64,000 nucleotides of DNA, from assembly GCA_043815505.1 (NCBI GenBank), contig JBDRIV010000002.1:374943-438942 (forward strand), written 5' to 3'. Of the stretch, positions 27,855 through 38,026 are shown piece after piece. How positions within the stretch are numbered: position 1 is the stretch's first letter; every line of letters begins with the position of its first letter. This stretch comes from a bacterium. GTDB taxonomy: Bacteria > Patescibacteriota > JABMPQ01 > JBDRIV01. A program made the translations under genes and the position numbers. The notes beneath the pieces were generated by a model. The model ran no database searches, was not told the DNA's origin, and saw nothing but the letters and a program-made list of their open reading frames with translations.

Positions 27855-28559
27855 ATGAACAAAACGAAATCACAGATCGAAAGTTTGCTTTTTACGCTGA
27901 CTGATCCGATCGATATAAAAAAGTTGGCCGGTTATGCCAAAATTATGGTACCGGAATGTGAAACTGCTCTTAAGGAAATAGCAGTTGAGTATGAAGAACA
28001 AAATCGGGGAGTGCGAATTTTGCAACGCGGACGCATGGTGCAAATGGTAACGGCAGCTGATAATGCTAAAATTGCCGAACAAATTGTAAAATCGGAATTG
28101 TCGGAAGGCCTCTCCAATGCTGCTCTTGAAACCTTAAGTATTATTTTATATCGCGGACCAATTAGTAGAGCCGAAATTGAAGCAGTGCGCGGTGTAAACT
28201 GTACTTTCATTTTGCGCAATCTGTTAATGCGCGGTTTAGTGGAACATAAAAAAAGCGTCAGAGATGCGCGTATGTGGGAATATGAAGTTACTTTTGAATA
28301 TTTACAACATTTAGGAATTACCAAAGTTTCCGAATTACCAAACTATGAAGAATTAAGTAAGCGGGAAGAATTTGATAATGCTTTGGAAAAATACTCGGCT
28401 CTAATAGATCAATCGGAAGAAGAAAATCAAATAGAAGAAAACAAAACAGAAGTGAGTTCTGAAGAAAATTCTTTAGAAGAAAAAGGAGAAGAAAATGTAG
28501 CCGAAAAGAATAGAGAAGAAATTTCTAAAACAGAAGGAGGAGAAGATCATGATAGCTAA
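27855..28559 (+). CDS. scpB: Segregation/condensation protein B
   Basis: LSNAALETLSIILYRGPISRAEIEAVRGVN. Confidence 0.96.
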   Translation: MNKTKSQIESLLFTLTDPIDIKKLAGYAKIMVPECETALKEIAVEYEEQNRGVRILQRGRMVQMVTAADNAKIAEQIVKSELSEGLSNAALETLSIILYRGPISRAEIEAVRGVNCTFILRNLLMRGLVEHKKSVRDARMWEYEVTFEYLQHLGITKVSELPNYEELSKREEFDNALEKYSALIDQSEEENQIEENKTEVSSEENSLEEKGEENVAEKNREEISKTEGGEDHDS

Positions 28560-29454
28560 AGTATTAGTTTTTACATTACTTTTGTTTCCGGGAATGAATC
28601 TGAATTTGCCGGAAGTGCAAACAAAAGCTACCTTGCCTCAAGCAGAAAGCTTGGATAATGATGCCTTTGGTGGTGGCTTTGTTAAAGCGGCACCTGTTAA
28701 AACTGGTGAATCGCTCGGAGTTTTATTATCAGGTGAAGAAGGACTGATTTTTGATGTTGATTCAAAAACTGTACTTTTTTCTAAAAATGAAAATCAACCT
28801 CGAGCGATGGCTTCTACTACCAAATTAATGACAGTGCTTTTATTGATGGATAGTGAAAAGTCTTTGGATGAAGTGGTAACAATTAGTGGCAATGTTTCTA
28901 AAGAAGGTTCCGATGTTGCCTTATCGGCTGGCGAAGAAGTTCGCGCTTCGGATTTGTTAAAAGCCGCTTTGATTGCTTCTGCTAACGACGCCGCTTTAGC
29001 TATTTCTGAGTTTGTAGCGCCAGATACGATTACCTTTGTTAATATGATGAATGAAAAAACTAAAGAACTCGGCATGAAAAATACAGTTTATAAAAATCCT
29101 ACTGGTTTAGATGAAGAGGGACATGTTTCCAGTGCTTACGATATAACAATTTTAATGAATAAAGTTTTAGAATATGAAGATATTAGAAATGCAATTAATA
29201 CTAAAGAAGCTTCCGTTTATATTTTAAATAGCAACCGAGTTATAAATTTACAAAATACCAATGAGTTGCTGGGAAGTGATTTAGAAATATTTGGTGGTAA
29301 AACTGGTTATACGGAGGCAGCTAAAAGATGTTTAACAACGGTAACTGATAAAAATGGTCATCGTTTAATTGTAACAGTAATGGGTTCGACCGACGCTTTC
29401 CATGATACGCGCGCTTTAATTGAATGGACTCACAATAATTTTACTTGGAAATAA
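28549..29454 (+). CDS. D-Ala-D-Ala carboxypeptidase (peptidase S11)
   Basis: ASTTK, SAN and KTG motifs, NPTGLD. Confidence 0.93.
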   Translation: MIAKVLVFTLLLFPGMNLNLPEVQTKATLPQAESLDNDAFGGGFVKAAPVKTGESLGVLLSGEEGLIFDVDSKTVLFSKNENQPRAMASTTKLMTVLLLMDSEKSLDEVVTISGNVSKEGSDVALSAGEEVRASDLLKAALIASANDAALAISEFVAPDTITFVNMMNEKTKELGMKNTVYKNPTGLDEEGHVSSAYDITILMNKVLEYEDIRNAINTKEASVYILNSNRVINLQNTNELLGSDLEIFGGKTGYTEAAKRCLTTVTDKNGHRLIVTVMGSTDAFHDTRALIEWTHNNFTWK

Positions 29455-30515
29455 TGCAAAATATTCAAGATCCAATTTTAGTTTTCGATGTTGCCAAAGT
29501 GATGTTGATGGCAGCACTGGCTTTTATTTTTACCATTTCTTGGACGCCCCTGCTGACAAAATATTTATACAAATATAAATTAGGAAAAAGAATTCGAACA
29601 GAAGGCGCGCCAGTTTATTCTAAAATGCATCAAGGGAAAAGTGGAACACCAGTGATGGGGGGATTACTTATTTGGGTAACCACCCTAATTTTTGCTCTAT
29701 GTTTTTGGTTCGTGTCAATAATATTTAAGGGTGATATTTTAGACAGAATTAATTTCTTAAGTCGCGGACAAACTTTACTACCACTAGGTGCTTTAGTGAC
29801 TGCTGGAATTGTGGGATTAATTGATGATCTATTTAATGTTTTTGGCATTGGACCAAAAGGTGGTGGCTTAAAAATGGGACAAAAATTAATTGTTTATTTA
29901 AGCATTGCCGCATTTGGTGCCTATTGGTTTTTTTATAAACTTAATTGGGATTTAATTCATATTCCCGGACTAGGTGATTACAATATCGGTTGGTATTACA
30001 TTCCTTTATTTATTTTTGTAATTGTGGCTACGTCGTTTTCGGTTAATGAAACTGACGGTTTGGATGGACTGGCTGGTGGCGTGCTATTAATGTCTTATCT
30101 GTCTTATGCCGTAATTTGTTTTGTTCAAGGAAAAGTAGATCTAGCAGTTTTTTGTGCTGTAATTGTGGGAGCTTTGCTGGCGTTTTTGTGGTTTAATATT
30201 TATCCCGCTCGATTTTTTATGGGGGATACCGGTGCTATGGCACTCGGTACTACGCTTGGGATTATTGCCATGCTTACCAATACTGTTTTTGTTTTACCAA
30301 TTATTGCTTTTCCACTAGTAATAGAATCTGGTTCAGTAATTCTTCAAGTTTTATCCAAAACAATATTTGGAAAGAAAATATTTATTTCCACACCAATTCA
30401 TCATCACTTTGAAGCTCAAGGTTGGCCGGAGACAAAAGTAACAATGCGTTTTTGGGTACTTTCTATTGTCTTTGCCACCATTGGACTCGTTATAGCATTA
30501 ATTGGAGCAGGCTAA
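29445..30515 (+). CDS. mraY: Phospho-N-acetylmuramoyl-pentapeptide transferase
   Basis: GTPVMGG, NETDGLDGL, FMGDTG, PIHHHFE; start may be ATG 29454. Confidence 0.97.
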   Translation: MEIMQNIQDPILVFDVAKVMLMAALAFIFTISWTPLLTKYLYKYKLGKRIRTEGAPVYSKMHQGKSGTPVMGGLLIWVTTLIFALCFWFVSIIFKGDILDRINFLSRGQTLLPLGALVTAGIVGLIDDLFNVFGIGPKGGGLKMGQKLIVYLSIAAFGAYWFFYKLNWDLIHIPGLGDYNIGWYYIPLFIFVIVATSFSVNETDGLDGLAGGVLLMSYLSYAVICFVQGKVDLAVFCAVIVGALLAFLWFNIYPARFFMGDTGAMALGTTLGIIAMLTNTVFVLPIIAFPLVIESGSVILQVLSKTIFGKKIFISTPIHHHFEAQGWPETKVTMRFWVLSIVFATIGLVIALIGAG

Positions 30516-30566
30516 TTGATTTATGGCATATAGCAAATGGCAAATAGCATTTAATTTTAATCTTTT

Positions 30567-32078
30567 ATGATTGGAGTTTTTGATTCAGGTGTGGGAGGAT
30601 TAACTTTGGTTCAGGAATTACTAAAAGAATTACCCGAGAATCAAATAGTTTATTTTGGGGATACGGCGCGTGTACCATACGGAACTAAAGGTGATGAAAT
30701 TATCAAAAGATATGCCAAGCAAAACGTGGCATTTTTGCTTTCTCAAGGCGCAAAAATAATTGTAGTGGCTTGTAACACTGTTTCGGCGGTGGCGATGGAT
30801 TCTTTGTATAAAGCATATCCTGATGTTTTATTTTTTGAAGTTATATCTCCCGCCATTAATGCTGCCTATAATAAAAGTAAATCGAAAAATATCGGTGTAA
30901 TTGGCACGACGGCCACAATAGATTCTCATTTGCATAAAAAATTATTAACCGAAAAGGGAAAGATAAATGTTTCCGAAGTAGCTTGTCCCTTATTTGTACC
31001 TTTGGTGGAAGAGAATTTTATTGAGCGGGGTGAAACAAAAAGAATTGCTCGCTATTATTTAAAATCTTTGAAAGACAGCAGCATAGATACTCTTATTTTA
31101 TCATGTACCCATTATCCATTTTTAGAAAAGGTTATTTCCCGAGTTATGGGAGAAAAAGTAAAACTTGTAAATCCTGCTGAAGCCACTGTTAAAATTATAA
31201 AAGATTATTTAAAAGAAAATAAAGATGTTGCTAAAAGTTTAACCAAGGGGAATAACCATAAAATATTTGCTAGCGATAGTAAAGCTAAATTCTTTGCAAC
31301 AGCTAAAAAACTTCTAAACCTAAATTTTGAAGTTAAAGAAGTTGATATTGAAAATCAGATGAAATGTTACAAACCAAATTGGGTAGAAGGAATTATGGGA
31401 TTATATGCCGGAGCCTGTGTATACGATGGACGACCATTTACTGATGAGCATGGTCTAAAACATTTTCGCCAGGCAATGAGTAAGAATCTACCTTTTGCAG
31501 AAAATGAAATTTGGATTGGTGAACAAATTCATGGTAAGAATGTAACTATCATAAATAAGAAGGTTGAAAAATCAGATTCAGAAGTGGTAAAAAATTCAGA
31601 CGGTTTGGTAAGCACAACTAAAAATATTTTACTGACAGTTCATACTGCCGATTGCGTCCCCATAATATTTTATGATAAAGACAAAGAAGTTATCGCAACT
31701 GCTCATGCTGGTTGGCAGGGGACGTTGCAAAAAATTCCTGAAGAAATAATAAATAAAATGGAGAGTAATACAGAAAATTTGCAGGTGTGGATTGGACCAG
31801 CCATTCATAAATGTTGCTACGAAATAGACAAAAGTGAAGAGCGGTATAAAAATTTTAAAAAAGAATTTGGAGAAGAGGTTTTGCGAGAAGAAAATGGTAA
31901 AATGTACTTAGATTTAATTGCTGCTAATAAAAAAGTTTTAACATCAGTCGGAGTAAATGATAAAAATATTGAGATATCTGAATTGTGTACTTCCTGTTCA
32001 GGGGAAGAATTACCATCTTTTCGGAGGCAAGGTAAAAGATGGCGAGAAAATATAATAGCTTTTATTGGAATGCAATGA
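30567..32078 (+). CDS. murI: Glutamate racemase fused to a PgeF/YfiH (laccase-domain) protein
   Basis: FDSGVGG, ACNT and SCTHY in the N-half; EQIHG, TADCVPI, HAGWQG, IGPAIHKCCYE, CTSC and SFRR in the C-half. Confidence 0.93.
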   Translation: MIGVFDSGVGGLTLVQELLKELPENQIVYFGDTARVPYGTKGDEIIKRYAKQNVAFLLSQGAKIIVVACNTVSAVAMDSLYKAYPDVLFFEVISPAINAAYNKSKSKNIGVIGTTATIDSHLHKKLLTEKGKINVSEVACPLFVPLVEENFIERGETKRIARYYLKSLKDSSIDTLILSCTHYPFLEKVISRVMGEKVKLVNPAEATVKIIKDYLKENKDVAKSLTKGNNHKIFASDSKAKFFATAKKLLNLNFEVKEVDIENQMKCYKPNWVEGIMGLYAGACVYDGRPFTDEHGLKHFRQAMSKNLPFAENEIWIGEQIHGKNVTIINKKVEKSDSEVVKNSDGLVSTTKNILLTVHTADCVPIIFYDKDKEVIATAHAGWQGTLQKIPEEIINKMESNTENLQVWIGPAIHKCCYEIDKSEERYKNFKKEFGEEVLREENGKMYLDLIAANKKVLTSVGVNDKNIEISELCTSCSGEELPSFRRQGKRWRENIIAFIGMQ

Positions 32079-33550
32079 ATTTAGAAGCATTAAAACATAA
32101 GAATATTCACATTGTGGGAATTTCCGGTGCTGAAGGTAGTTCGGTGGCCGAATTCCTTTTAGGTATTGGTGCTCGTGATATTATTGGTCATGATATAGCA
32201 ACTCACGAAGAATTTCGTGCCAGCTATTACAAATATCATGACTGGTTAACAGATGATGAGAAAGAGAAAAAGTTTCAAAGTTTAACCGGTTCAGAAATTA
32301 AAATAAATTTTGGCCGAGAATACTTGAGTGGCATCGAAAAAGCGGATGTAGTTTTTGTTCCTCAAAGCTGGTTCAGATATAAGGAAAACATTCCCAAATT
32401 GAAAAAAATGATGGAAAAAGGAACACCGTTTTCCAGTATTATGAAACTTTATTTTGAATTATCTAAAGCTCCCATAGTTGGTATTACCGGCACGGTGGGA
32501 AAGTCCAGCGTCGCCAGTTTTACTTATCAGATATTGTCTCAATTTAAACCGGGACATGTGTTTGCGACTGGTAATGATAGAAAAAATGAGCAAGTACTAA
32601 ATAAAATATTAGATTTAACCATAGATGACATTTTAGTAGTAGAAATTAGTAATCGGCAACTAACGATTGATTTACAAAAAAGTCCTCACGTCGGTGTGCT
32701 GACCAATGTTTCACCAAATCATTTGGATGATCATGAAAGTTTTATTGAATATAAAGCTATTAAACAAAGTTTATTTCAATACCAAACGGGAATGAATTTT
32801 GCGGTTTTTGATTATGACGATGAAGAATCGCGTGATATAGCGAAGGATTTAGAAAGTAATGTCATCTGGGTTAGCACAAAAGAAGAATTAAACGATGGGG
32901 TTTATATAAAGAATGGCGATATCGAAATTAAGGCTGGTAATAAAGTATTTAATGTTGGTCAGGTGAGAGACATTGCCGTCCCTGGAGTTCATAATGAAAA
33001 AAATGTTTTATTAGCCATAGCTTCTGCTTATGCTTTAAATATTGATTCTAAAACAATTAGAGAAAGTTTAGCCAATTTAAAATCACTACCCAATCGCATT
33101 GAAGAAGTGGCTAATATTAATGGAGCCAAGTATATAAATGACACTTCATCCACCAGACCAAAAAGTATGCAGGCGGCCGTGGAAACATTTAAAAGTTATA
33201 ATACAATTTTGATTACTGGTGGTAAGCGGCCAATTTTAATCCCAGGGGAATTTGAAAGCGCAGCCGATCAAATTCTAGATGCCAAAGTTAAAGCCGTTTT
33301 CTTAATTGGGGAGGCAGGGCAACAAATTGAAGATACCATTCGGAGCGAAGCTCATAATTTAGCAAAAAACGTTCCGCTGATAATGAAAGTTAAAAATTTG
33401 GATGAAGCCGTGGACAAAGCCAATCGCATGGCCAAAAAAGGAGATACAGTTCTATTTTCACCAGGTTGTGAGAGTTTTGATATGTTTGCCGATTATAGAG
33501 ATAGGGGAAATAAATTTAAAGAGTTGGTAAAAAAATATGAGAAGAGGTAG
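32075..33550 (+). CDS. murD: UDP-N-acetylmuramoyl-L-alanine--D-glutamate ligase
   Basis: GITGTVGKS, NVSPNHLDDH, YINDTSST, FSPGCESFDMFADYRDRG; start set at the ATG overlapping the murI stop. Confidence 0.92.
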   Translation: MNLEALKHKNIHIVGISGAEGSSVAEFLLGIGARDIIGHDIATHEEFRASYYKYHDWLTDDEKEKKFQSLTGSEIKINFGREYLSGIEKADVVFVPQSWFRYKENIPKLKKMMEKGTPFSSIMKLYFELSKAPIVGITGTVGKSSVASFTYQILSQFKPGHVFATGNDRKNEQVLNKILDLTIDDILVVEISNRQLTIDLQKSPHVGVLTNVSPNHLDDHESFIEYKAIKQSLFQYQTGMNFAVFDYDDEESRDIAKDLESNVIWVSTKEELNDGVYIKNGDIEIKAGNKVFNVGQVRDIAVPGVHNEKNVLLAIASAYALNIDSKTIRESLANLKSLPNRIEEVANINGAKYINDTSSTRPKSMQAAVETFKSYNTILITGGKRPILIPGEFESAADQILDAKVKAVFLIGEAGQQIEDTIRSEAHNLAKNVPLIMKVKNLDEAVDKANRMAKKGDTVLFSPGCESFDMFADYRDRGNKFKELVKKYEKR

Positions 33551-34679
33551 TAGAATTAGTAAAACGCACGCACCAGATTACGGTTTGATAACCACCGTAA
33601 TGCTTTTAATTGTGATTGGTTTGGTAATGTTGTCTTCCGCCAGTGCAGCCATTTCTTATGATAAATTTGGAACCAATAATTACTATTTACTACAACAACT
33701 GGGACCATTGGGTATCGGATTGGTTTTAATGTTTTTGGTTGCGCGCATGGATTATCACAAGCTTTCTCGTCTAGCAGTTCCACTACTATATTTAACTTTA
33801 GGATTACTTGTAGTTGTTTTTATTCCCGGAATTGGTTTTGGATATGGTGGAGCCCAACGTTGGATAAGTTGGGGACCCATATTTTTACAACCTTCAGAAA
33901 TTGCCAAAATTACTTTCTTAATATATTTAGCTACTTGGTTGGACAAGCGTGGTAAAGGTGTAGAGGATTTTAAGTACGGTCTGTTACCATTTTTAACCTT
34001 ACTCGGAGTAATTGGCATTTTAATAATGATGCAACCGGACCTAGGAACAATGTTTATAATTGCTATCTCATCAATCATTGTTTATTTTATTGCTGGTGCT
34101 CAAATTGGCCACCTAGTTTTAATTGGTATTGGGAGTTTAGGGTTATTTGGAATTCTTATAAAGATAGCTCCCTATCGTTTGGCGCGTTTTACAACCTACT
34201 TGCATCCCGAGCTTGATCCACAGGGAATTGGGTACCAAATTAATCAAGCTCTCCTAGCTGTTGGTTCGGGAGGAATTTTAGGATTAGGACTTGGAAAAAG
34301 CAGACAAAAGTTCAATTACTTGCCAGAAGCAACCGGCGATTCTATATTTGCCATAATTGCGGAAGAACTAGGATTTATTAGAACAACAGTCTTAGTTTTA
34401 CTATTCTTGTTTCTAGCCTACAAAGGTTTCAAAATTGCCAAGGAAGCTCCTGATATGTTTGGTAAACTTCTGGCCGTTGGTATAACCAGTTGGTTATCGT
34501 TTCAAGCTATTATTAACATCGCCGCCATAATAAATTTGTTGCCCTTAACTGGAATTCCGTTACCTTTTATTAGTTATGGAGGTTCAGCTTTGGTAATTTC
34601 TATGATTGGAGTAGGAATTTTGATTAGTATTTCGCGCTATACAAAAGCAAGTAACCAAACTTCATGGAGGAGAAGTTAG
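33537..34679 (+). CDS. ftsW: SEDS peptidoglycan polymerase FtsW
   Basis: GAQRW, QPSEIAK, QPDLGT, DSIFAIIAEELG, PFISYGGS. Confidence 0.93.
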   Translation: MRRGSRISKTHAPDYGLITTVMLLIVIGLVMLSSASAAISYDKFGTNNYYLLQQLGPLGIGLVLMFLVARMDYHKLSRLAVPLLYLTLGLLVVVFIPGIGFGYGGAQRWISWGPIFLQPSEIAKITFLIYLATWLDKRGKGVEDFKYGLLPFLTLLGVIGILIMMQPDLGTMFIIAISSIIVYFIAGAQIGHLVLIGIGSLGLFGILIKIAPYRLARFTTYLHPELDPQGIGYQINQALLAVGSGGILGLGLGKSRQKFNYLPEATGDSIFAIIAEELGFIRTTVLVLLFLFLAYKGFKIAKEAPDMFGKLLAVGITSWLSFQAIINIAAIINLLPLTGIPLPFISYGGSALVISMIGVGILISISRYTKASNQTSWRRS

Positions 34680-35755
34680 AAAAAATTAAACTGGTTGTAA
34701 CTGGTGGTGGATCGGGTGGTCACGTGACACCGATTGTTGCTTTGCTGGAAGAAATGGGTGATGAATTTGAAATTCATTGGCTTGGTTCAAAACACGGACC
34801 GGAAAAAGGAACTGCCAAAAGTCTTAATATTCCTTATGAAGCTATTACAACAGGAAAGTTAAGAAGATATATTTCCTTACAAAATATTATCGACTTTTTC
34901 AAATTCCCGCTAGGAATTATCCAAGCGTATTTTATTTTGGGAAAAATAAAACCCCAAATAGTTTTTGGCAAAGGAGGATATGTTAGTTTGCCGGTGGTAA
35001 TAGCAGCCAAATTTAGAGGAATTAAAACTCTTGTTCATGAATCAGATGTTTATCCGGGACTAGCCAATAGAATTGCTATGCGCTTTGCCAATTTAATGCT
35101 TTTAACTTTTTCGGAATCAAAAAAATATTTAAAGAAAAATAATTACCAAGTTGTCGGCACTCCAATACGGAAGAGTATATTAAACGGCAGCGCTGAAGAA
35201 GCAAGAAACTTTTTTAAATTTCAAACCCCTAATCCTAAGATATTTATTACCGGTGGTTCCCAAGGTGCGGCCAGATTGAACCAAGTTATCTTAGAAGCTT
35301 TGCCAGAATTAACAGAAAAATATGAAATAATTCATTTGGCCGGAAAAAATAATTATGAAAATTTAAGAGAGCAAACAAAAAGTGTTACCAATTACAATTT
35401 GTATTCATTTTTTAATGAGGAAATGAAATTAGCTTATGCTGTAGCTGATATTATAATTAGTCGTGCGGGAGCAAATTCTCTAGCAGAAATTGCCGCTTAT
35501 GGCAAACCGGCCATTGTTGTCCCAATTACAATTGCCGGCGATCATCAAAAATATAATGCTGAAGTTTTTGCCAAAGCCGGTGCTGCTTATCTAATAAAAG
35601 AAGAGGGATTTACAAAAGCAGAATTGTTGCGTACACTAAGTAAGCACTTTACAGAAGAAAATTGTTCCAAAATGGCTCACAATAGCCAAAAACTGGTAGA
35701 TTTGGATGGTACTAAAAGGATTATAAAACTTATAAAAAAATATGCTCAATCTTGA
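34664..35755 (+). CDS. murG: Lipid II GlcNAc transferase
   Basis: GGGSGGHV, GKGGYVS, GGSQGA, SRAGAN, HQKYNA. Confidence 0.97.
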   Translation: MEEKLEKIKLVVTGGGSGGHVTPIVALLEEMGDEFEIHWLGSKHGPEKGTAKSLNIPYEAITTGKLRRYISLQNIIDFFKFPLGIIQAYFILGKIKPQIVFGKGGYVSLPVVIAAKFRGIKTLVHESDVYPGLANRIAMRFANLMLLTFSESKKYLKKNNYQVVGTPIRKSILNGSAEEARNFFKFQTPNPKIFITGGSQGAARLNQVILEALPELTEKYEIIHLAGKNNYENLREQTKSVTNYNLYSFFNEEMKLAYAVADIIISRAGANSLAEIAAYGKPAIVVPITIAGDHQKYNAEVFAKAGAAYLIKEEGFTKAELLRTLSKHFTEENCSKMAHNSQKLVDLDGTKRIIKLIKKYAQS

Positions 35756-37124
35756 AGAAATTAAGAAAGTTCATATGTTGGGGATTGGCGGGAGTGGCGT
35801 TTCGGCCTTGGCTAGAATATTTTTGGCCATGGGTAAAAATGTCAGCGGTGAAGATGCGGTGCAATCAATTATTACAACCGATTTAGCATCCATTGGAATA
35901 ACAGTAAATATTACTGATGGTGAAAATGATGAATTACCGGAAGTAGATTTGGTTGTTCATTCCCAAGCGGTGCCCAAAAATAATCCCCAAATAAAAAAAG
36001 CGGAAAAGAAAAATATTCCCGTTTTAACCTACCCCGAAACCGTTGGTTTATTAACGAAAGAAAAAGATACTATTTGTGTTTGCGGAACTCATGGCAAAAC
36101 TACAACTACTTCTTTAACAGCCGTATGTTTGGAGGAGGCAGAAAAATCTCCAACGATTATTGTCGGAAGTTCTCTAGAACAATTAATGGGTAACGCCAAA
36201 TTAGGGGAAGGAAAACTTTTGGTTTTGGAAGCGGATGAATATCGTCGTGCTTTTATAAATTATCAGGCGCAGTATATAATTGTAAATAATATTGAATTTG
36301 AGCATCCCGATTATTACAAAGATTTAGCAGATGTGAAAGATGCCTTTAAAGAATTTATTAGCAATCTTAATGAAGGGGGAATAGTATTTGCCAATAGTGA
36401 TGATGATAATATTGTAAGTATTTTGCAAGATTGTGAACGAGAAATTATCACTTATGGTTTCAATAAAAAATGTGATGTCAGAGCCATCAATTATGAGATT
36501 GAAAATGGAAATCCTAAATTTAAAGTAAAATATTTTGATAATATTCTTGGTGAAGTAAAATTAAAAATTCCTGGTAAGCATAATGTTTATAATGCCTTAG
36601 CAGCCATTGCATGTTCCTACAAACTAGGAGTTTCTTTTAATGACATTGCAAGAGCTTTGGAAGAATATTCGGGAGCGTGGCGACGTTTTGAAAAAAAGGT
36701 TCAGTGTAAAGGAATTTCTTTTTATGATGACTATGCTCATCATCCCACGGAAATTAAAGTAACTCTAGCTGCGTGCAAAGAAAGATTTCCGGGACGAAAA
36801 ATTATTGCCGTTTTTCAACCACATCATCATTCTCGTTTTACTAAACTTTATGTTGGTTTTTTAAATGCTTTTGCAAAGGCTGATGAATTATTGGTTATGG
36901 ATGTTTACGATGTTAAAGGGAGAGAAAAATCTGAAGAGGAAAATAGAACGAGTCAGCAGTTTGTGACTGAAATTAAAAAAGAAAAGGTTTATTACACACC
37001 CAATCATAACGATGTAATTAAAAAAATTACTGCCATAGCAAAAACTGGAGATGTGGTAATTACTTTAGGAGCTGGGGATGTCAATACAATTGCCCGCGAA
37101 TGTTTTAATCAAATGAATGAATAA
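35742..37124 (+). CDS. murC: UDP-N-acetylmuramate--L-alanine ligase
   Basis: GIGGSGVS, GTHGKTTT, EADE, DDYAHHPTEI, FQPH. Confidence 0.97.
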   Translation: MLNLEEIKKVHMLGIGGSGVSALARIFLAMGKNVSGEDAVQSIITTDLASIGITVNITDGENDELPEVDLVVHSQAVPKNNPQIKKAEKKNIPVLTYPETVGLLTKEKDTICVCGTHGKTTTTSLTAVCLEEAEKSPTIIVGSSLEQLMGNAKLGEGKLLVLEADEYRRAFINYQAQYIIVNNIEFEHPDYYKDLADVKDAFKEFISNLNEGGIVFANSDDDNIVSILQDCEREIITYGFNKKCDVRAINYEIENGNPKFKVKYFDNILGEVKLKIPGKHNVYNALAAIACSYKLGVSFNDIARALEEYSGAWRRFEKKVQCKGISFYDDYAHHPTEIKVTLAACKERFPGRKIIAVFQPHHHSRFTKLYVGFLNAFAKADELLVMDVYDVKGREKSEEENRTSQQFVTEIKKEKVYYTPNHNDVIKKITAIAKTGDVVITLGAGDVNTIARECFNQMNE

Positions 37125-38025
37125 TAGTTTACTAGAAAAATTACAGAAATCAGAATTGAAATTTGAGGAAAATAAAATATTAGCACCGTTCACAACTTGG
37201 CAAGTTGGTGGACCAGCTAAGTTTTTTATTGAGGTTGAAAATAGCGAGCAAGCACAAAAAGCCTTTAGCATTATTAAGGAAACAGAAAGTAACTATTTAA
37301 TTCTAGGAAAAGGTTCAAATGTTTTAATTGCTGATGAGGGATTTGTTGGGGTGGCAATAAAAATGTCCAACAACGAAATTAGTATAAAAAATAGAGAAGT
37401 TTGTGCTGATGCTGGAGCTATGTATAGTCGCGTAGGAAATTTAACGGTTGCCGCTTCTCTACAAGGAATGGAATTTGCCGCTACTATTCCTGGATCAGTT
37501 GGTGGAGCGGTTAGAGGAAACGCCGGTGCTTTTGGTACCGAAACCAAAGACCATTTGGAAAAAGTTGAGTATTTGGATTTAGACGACAAAATAATTAAGA
37601 TAAAAACAGCGAGCAAAGACGACTGCAAGTTTAATTATCGCGATAGCGTATTTAAGCATAATAAGCGCCTCATTTTAAAAACTTATTTTAAATTAGAAAA
37701 AGGAAACAAGGAAGAATCGGAAAATAAAATAAAAGAGTTTATAGCACAAAGAAAAGCCAAACAACCTTATGGAAAATCTTGTGGATCGGTTTTCAAAAAT
37801 CCAGAGCCACAATTTGCCGGCGAGTTGATTGAAAAAAATGGTTTAAAGGGGTATTGTATAGGCTCAGCTTGTGTTTCCGAACAGCATGCAAACTTTATAT
37901 TAAATAAAGATAAAGCTACTGCTCAAGATATTTATAATTTAATAAAACACATTCAAAAAGTGATTTTAGAAAATGAAAATATTAAACTGGAAACGGAAGT
38001 GCAATTATTAGGATTTAATAAATAA
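37117..38025 (+). CDS. murB: UDP-N-acetylenolpyruvoylglucosamine reductase
   Basis: GGPA, LGKGSNVL, IPGSVGGA.RGNAGA, GSVFKNP, HANFI. Confidence 0.97.
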   Translation: MNNSLLEKLQKSELKFEENKILAPFTTWQVGGPAKFFIEVENSEQAQKAFSIIKETESNYLILGKGSNVLIADEGFVGVAIKMSNNEISIKNREVCADAGAMYSRVGNLTVAASLQGMEFAATIPGSVGGAVRGNAGAFGTETKDHLEKVEYLDLDDKIIKIKTASKDDCKFNYRDSVFKHNKRLILKTYFKLEKGNKEESENKIKEFIAQRKAKQPYGKSCGSVFKNPEPQFAGELIEKNGLKGYCIGSACVSEQHANFILNKDKATAQDIYNLIKHIQKVILENENIKLETEVQLLGFNK

Positions 38026-38026
38026 G

